DNA of 43,471 nucleotides from assembly GCA_051439605.1 (NCBI GenBank), contig JBFRWN010000097.1, forward strand, positions 1-43,471. Reading direction: 5' to 3'. Positions 39,531 to 43,471 of this stretch are shown here, piece by piece. The stretch comes from Synechococcus sp. (lineage in GTDB: Bacteria; Cyanobacteriota; Cyanobacteriia; Thermostichales; PCC-7336). The position numbers and the translations under genes were made by a program. How positions within the stretch are numbered: the first letter of the stretch is position 1; each line of letters opens with the position of its first letter. A model generated the notes under the pieces. It did no database searches and was not told where the DNA came from. It saw only the letters and a program-made list of their open reading frames with translations.

Positions 39531-40343
39531 ATGGGATTGTTCGATCGCGTCAGCCGAGTTGTGAAATCCAACCTGAACGCCATTGTTAGTAAAGCAGAAG
39601 ATCCCGAGAAGATTCTCGAACAAACCATCGAAGAGATGCGCGAGAATCAAGCCGAACTGCGACATGCCACCGCTCAGGCGATCGCCAGCGAAAAGAAGAT
39701 GGAACGCAAGTTCGAGCAGGCTCAGGAGCAGGTGAAGGAATGGCAGCGTAAAGCCCAAGTTGCCCTCCAGAAAAACCGCGAAGACCTCGCCCGCGAAGCC
39801 CTGATGCGCAAAAAAGGTTTGGCGGACTCTGCCAATACCATCAAGCAACAGCTCGACCGACAAAGCGAACAGGTGAACGTTCTGCGTAATAACCTGATGA
39901 AGCTGGAAAGCAAAATGGCCGAGGCCAAAACCAAGAAGGATATGCTGATTGCCCGAGCGCGATCGGCCAAGGCTTCTCAGCAAATCAACGAAGTCATGGG
40001 CAGAGTCGATACCACCTCAGCCTTCGCTGCATTCGAGCGCATGGAAGAAAAGGTGGATGCTCTGGAGGCAGAATCTGCCGCCATCTCCGAACTGTCAGGA
40101 GATTCCCTAGACAGCCAATTTGCTGCCTTGGAGTCCGGCACTGCAGAGGTGGACATCGAGCTGGAAGAACTCAAAATGCAAATGCAGCTGGAGGCTGCCC
40201 CAGACACAGCTGCATTGCCGAAGGGCTCGACCTCAGCCGTCAATCTCGACCGAGATATGGCTGACAAAGTAGCAGTAGAGACGAACAAGCAGGAAGTCGA
40301 TGAGGAGCTAGAAGCCCTCCGTTCAGAAATTGACGGGTTATAG
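39531..40343 (+). CDS. vipp1: Vipp1 / IM30 (PspA family with C-terminal extension)
   Basis: MGLFDRVSRVVKSNLN, AEDPEKILEQ and AFERMEEKV motifs; linker plus C-terminal VDEELEALR helix typical of Vipp1. Confidence 0.92.
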   Translation: MGLFDRVSRVVKSNLNAIVSKAEDPEKILEQTIEEMRENQAELRHATAQAIASEKKMERKFEQAQEQVKEWQRKAQVALQKNREDLAREALMRKKGLADSANTIKQQLDRQSEQVNVLRNNLMKLESKMAEAKTKKDMLIARARSAKASQQINEVMGRVDTTSAFAAFERMEEKVDALEAESAAISELSGDSLDSQFAALESGTAEVDIELEELKMQMQLEAAPDTAALPKGSTSAVNLDRDMADKVAVETNKQEVDEELEALRSEIDGL

Positions 40344-40356
40344 GGGGGTCTGAAGG

Positions 40357-41715
40357 TTGGATTCCCCCTCTGGCCATAGCAGCATAACGCCCGACAACCT
40401 TGAAATAACGAGCAAGCCACCGGGCTCTTTTTGGCGCTGGTGGGGACAGCGAGATACGTGGCTCTTAGCCGCCATGCTGGTGTTGCCCGTTAGTCTAGCG
40501 CTGTCGGCGCTGCTCGTGGTGGGGGGGTGCTCGTTGGCGATCGCCCAGCGGGGCTGGCAAGCCGATCGCAGGTTCCACCGCCTGTTAGTCATTGCCACCA
40601 GCCTACTGTTGGTTTCCACCGCCGCCTCCGGAGGCATCGATAGCTGGGTGGGGCTGTTGAACTACCTGCCATTTGTCTTGGCGCTGGCGTTGGCCTCTCA
40701 GGTGTTAACCTCTCGCCAGCGCATCTACCGATTTGCCCTAGCGATTGCCGCTGGAAGCTGGCTGTTTTCCCTCATGGGACTGCTTCAAGGTATTTGGGGT
40801 TGGCACGGGCGCTGGAGTTGGTTGGGAGGGTTGGTCTACGGCAGGTTAAGTGACGAACATTTCCCCCGGCCCACCTCCGTCTTTTTGAGTCCCAATAGTA
40901 TGGGTATCTATCTCGTCCTCGTCCTGGCAGTGGCTTGGGGGGTGTGGCGCGATCGCCAGAGCGCGATCGGAGTGCCCAATTGGCTATCCGCCATCATTCC
41001 GGTTGGGGCTGTGGCCATGGGGCTACCCCTGTTGGTTCTGAGCGAATCCCGCAACGCCTGGCTGTTAGCGATGTTCATGGCTGCACTTGCGCTGACGCTG
41101 CATCGCTGCTGGCGTCTACTGGTGGGGCTGGCAGCGGCAACCGGGGTTCCCGTTGCGGCTGCCGCCAACTGGTGGGGACTGCGGGTCGTTGTCCCCCAAT
41201 CGATTTGGCAGCGACTGGTGGACTCCGTGCAGCCCAATTCTCCGTCTTACATCTCCATAGTTACCCGCTGGGAGGGCTGGCAACTGGCTGCCAGCATGAT
41301 CGCCAGCAAACCATTGGTGGGATGGGGCTGGCAAAGCTTTGCCCAGCAATGGAGTAGCCAGGAACCGCAGCCTACCTATCCCCTGACCCATGCTCACAAC
41401 ATCTACTTATCTGTAACCGCAGAGGGGGGGGCTGTGGCCCTGCTGGCATTTGCTCTGATTTGGGGCTGGCCCTTGTGGCGAGGCTGGCGGGCGTGGCACT
41501 TGGAGTTACGACGGGGGCAATCGGGGCACCTCATTCTGGGGGTGAACTTTGCCTTGACTGCCTACTTTCTGTCGGGATTGCTCGATGCACCGCTCTTTGA
41601 CGGACGGCTCAATGTTGTTTTTTGGATGTTGCTGGCGATCGCCAATGCATACTGGCTCTGTCTGCAGGAAGAATCCTTCGGGAGCAATACGAACATGCAC
41701 CTAGCCAACCGCTAA
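40357..41715 (+). CDS. O-antigen ligase family protein (IctB/WaaL-like)
   Basis: R.TSVF..PN..G.YL, SESRNAW, PLVGWG and HAHNIYL..AEGG motifs; many TM segments. Confidence 0.88.
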   Translation: MDSPSGHSSITPDNLEITSKPPGSFWRWWGQRDTWLLAAMLVLPVSLALSALLVVGGCSLAIAQRGWQADRRFHRLLVIATSLLLVSTAASGGIDSWVGLLNYLPFVLALALASQVLTSRQRIYRFALAIAAGSWLFSLMGLLQGIWGWHGRWSWLGGLVYGRLSDEHFPRPTSVFLSPNSMGIYLVLVLAVAWGVWRDRQSAIGVPNWLSAIIPVGAVAMGLPLLVLSESRNAWLLAMFMAALALTLHRCWRLLVGLAAATGVPVAAAANWWGLRVVVPQSIWQRLVDSVQPNSPSYISIVTRWEGWQLAASMIASKPLVGWGWQSFAQQWSSQEPQPTYPLTHAHNIYLSVTAEGGAVALLAFALIWGWPLWRGWRAWHLELRRGQSGHLILGVNFALTAYFLSGLLDAPLFDGRLNVVFWMLLAIANAYWLCLQEESFGSNTNMHLANR

Positions 41716-41755
41716 CACCCGAGTAAGACTAGAGATAAAGATTTCAAGAACGCCC

Positions 41756-42994
41756 GTGCTACGTCGTCGTCCGCTGCTCGAACCCTGGCACTTCATGTTG
41801 CTGGTCCTGCTGATTTTGTTGGCCTCCTGCCAAGGCACCCCACTGGGCGAATCCATCGAACAGGCGGTAGCTCCTTCCACGCCCCAACCGATCGCACCTC
41901 AAGAGTCACCCCTGCCTCAAGAGCGATCTCTGGTGGAGGACATCCCCAGTCCAGCACCGTCTCCCGCCGAGGGCGTTTTCCCAACTCCTTCCTCCAGTCC
42001 GCCACCGTTCCCTAGCGAGGGGGAGGGGCCACCGTCTTCCCCCAGTTCGTCTACTAGAAGCTCCCCAGTTGTTGAGTACCAAACCCGATTCTCAGACATC
42101 GGTAACATTCCTGCCGCCGCATCCATTGCTGCTTTGGACGATTTGGGGGTATTTGCCGACATTTCAGGAGAGAACTTTCAGCCCAATCGCAGCGTTCGCC
42201 GTCAGGAATTTGCCCGTTGGGCCACCCTAGCCAACAATGCTCTGTACGCTGAAGTGCCCGATCGCCAACTTCCACTCGCTACGGCAAACGAAATCCCGTC
42301 GTTTCTGGATGTTCCAGAGGACGATCCTTTCTTCCCCTACATTCAGGCCTTGGTGAATGCAGAGGTGATTCAGGTGAGCGGCGAGCGCGAGTTCGATCCC
42401 GAGATACTCCTGTCCCGCGCCGATTTAATTGCCATAAAAGTAGCCCTCGATTTGGGCAGTACGAGTGTGAGCGGCAGTCGAATCGCTGTGGATCGAGATT
42501 GGGCTTTTGTTGACACTGCTGAAATCCCCGTAGAAGCTGTACCCGCGATTGCAGCAGATTTCACGCTGGGGGAAAACTCCAATATTCGCCGAACGTTTGG
42601 TGCGATCGATACTTTCGGTTCAAAGTCTCCGGTGACCCGTGCTCAGGCAGCTGTGCTTCTCAGTTCCTTTGGGACGGGTGAATATCTGCGTACCCCTTTA
42701 CTCGCTCAGGACAGCGATCCCGGTCTCACCGACGCCACCACCTCTGATGAGGCAGATCGGGGGGATGATTTTCAAGACAGTGAGTTTGCTACTCCGGAAC
42801 CCAATACCCAGCCCTTGGAAGACCCCGCTGACTCGGTCGATCCCGGTGGCAGCCCTGGATCGGTTGACAACCCTGAGCCCGAGGACATCCTCGCTCCAAA
42901 TGGAGACAGTTCTCAAGAAGGTATTCCAGACAATGAAGGTGCAGAGACAGAAGACAATAGTTCGGGAGGGGGAAAATTCTTAGACTTGAGTTGA
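41756..42994 (+). CDS. S-layer homology (SLH) domain lipoprotein
   Basis: LLASC lipobox, Pro/Ser-rich linker, three SLH-like repeats (FSDI..FQPNRSVRRQEF; FLDVP..LSRADL; FVD..PVTRAQAA), acidic tail. Confidence 0.85.
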   Translation: MLRRRPLLEPWHFMLLVLLILLASCQGTPLGESIEQAVAPSTPQPIAPQESPLPQERSLVEDIPSPAPSPAEGVFPTPSSSPPPFPSEGEGPPSSPSSSTRSSPVVEYQTRFSDIGNIPAAASIAALDDLGVFADISGENFQPNRSVRRQEFARWATLANNALYAEVPDRQLPLATANEIPSFLDVPEDDPFFPYIQALVNAEVIQVSGEREFDPEILLSRADLIAIKVALDLGSTSVSGSRIAVDRDWAFVDTAEIPVEAVPAIAADFTLGENSNIRRTFGAIDTFGSKSPVTRAQAAVLLSSFGTGEYLRTPLLAQDSDPGLTDATTSDEADRGDDFQDSEFATPEPNTQPLEDPADSVDPGGSPGSVDNPEPEDILAPNGDSSQEGIPDNEGAETEDNSSGGGKFLDLS

Positions 42995-43172
42995 AGGGCC
43001 GTTTCTCCAGAGTGGCTTGCTATCAAGTAGGACTCTACAAACGGTGGGAGCTTGCGGAGCGTCGATCGGCTCTGTCAATGGACCCCTTTTTGTGTTTACA
43101 TTTTCCATGGCTGTCGAAGTGACTTGGCCATATTATGAAAATATGGAGATTTGCTTGTGGGGGCATCAATTA

Positions 43173-43186
43173 GTATCTGTTGATAC
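43173..43186. promoter_or_regulatory. NtcA box upstream of gifA
   Basis: GTA-TCTGTTGA-TAC, an exact GTA-N8-TAC, 52 nt upstream of the ATG. Confidence 0.8.
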
Positions 43187-43238
43187 AGTTTAAAAAAGGA
43201 TTTATGATAAAGGCGGGGGAGTCTAGAGGGTAAAAACA

Positions 43239-43442
43239 ATGACATATGCTGCCACCGTACGCCGTCTAATCCTGAAACACAGAAATCATGCCATCAGCCG
43301 CGAGCAATCCCTGCTCATGCGGGCTAACGGTGCAATTGGCATGACAGAGCAGGATCGTATGAATTATCACAATCGAATTCAAGGAGAACTGCCATCGACA
43401 TTCATGACCGACTACGATCTCAGTTCTGCTGCAATGAGCTAG
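43239..43442 (+). CDS. gifA: Glutamine synthetase inactivating factor IF7
   Basis: 67 aa with R8, R21 and R28, QSLL.RA, IQG..P..F..YD.S.A.MS; GAGG RBS; NtcA box upstream. Confidence 0.85.
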   Translation: MTYAATVRRLILKHRNHAISREQSLLMRANGAIGMTEQDRMNYHNRIQGELPSTFMTDYDLSSAAMS

Positions 43443-43471
43443 GAAGTCTTTACTTAAGCGATTTACTTGAT

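Larger units (their letters stand above)
1..43471. repeat. HIP1 octamer GCGATCGC dispersed across the window
   Basis: More than 30 copies by eye (for example near 1935, 5687, 8573, 14337, 24721, 28741 and 41636), against less than one expected by chance. Confidence 0.9.

Noticed and set aside
36010..39983. Long minus-strand ORFs (36010-36555, 37342-37962, 38506-39048, 39456-39983)
   Set aside because: They overlap DUF2079, GH63 or vipp1 in antisense and show no recognisable motifs
1..43471. CRISPR array, tRNA or rRNA genes, prophage, or anti-phage defence genes
   Set aside because: No regularly spaced repeats, cloverleaf or rRNA signatures, or phage/defence motifs were recognised by eye; a cmscan and defence-system HMM search would be needed to exclude them

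Overview
Cyanobacterial chromosomal window, supported by dense HIP1 GCGATCGC octamers and by OCP, FRP, Vipp1, IF7 and a group 2 sigma factor. Left part: a site-2 protease behind a perfect RpaB (HLR1) box, the ocp-crtW-frp photoprotection cluster, four co-oriented accessory enzyme genes, and a roughly 1.9 kb debris island (9.5-11.3 kb). The island holds two transposase remnants, a 258-bp MITE-like element and a double-glycine-leader ORF cut off by an IS5 end. Next come a flavin reductase-M20 peptidase-DUF1611 operon, a CrtI-like FAD oxidoreductase with a switch-like 5' leader, an acetamidase relic and a cysteine dioxygenase. Middle part: a diguanylate cyclase, a SigD-like sigma factor with its own HLR1 box, a protein with degenerate MshEN-like repeats, uvrB, a PHP protein, pfkA and era. 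Right part: a LysR/cupin/DCC1/membrane-protein block with two matching LysR-type boxes, rbp-rpsU-slyD, DUF2079, a GH63 hydrolase, vipp1-O-antigen ligase-SLH lipoprotein, and gifA (IF7) with a repressor-placed NtcA box. No rRNA, tRNA or CRISPR array was recognised. The best candidates for undescribed biology are the DUF1611/M20/flavin-reductase operon, the RNA switch candidate, the LysR redox block and the sigma/DGC/MshEN-like trio. All protein calls come from motif recognition, with no database searches run.
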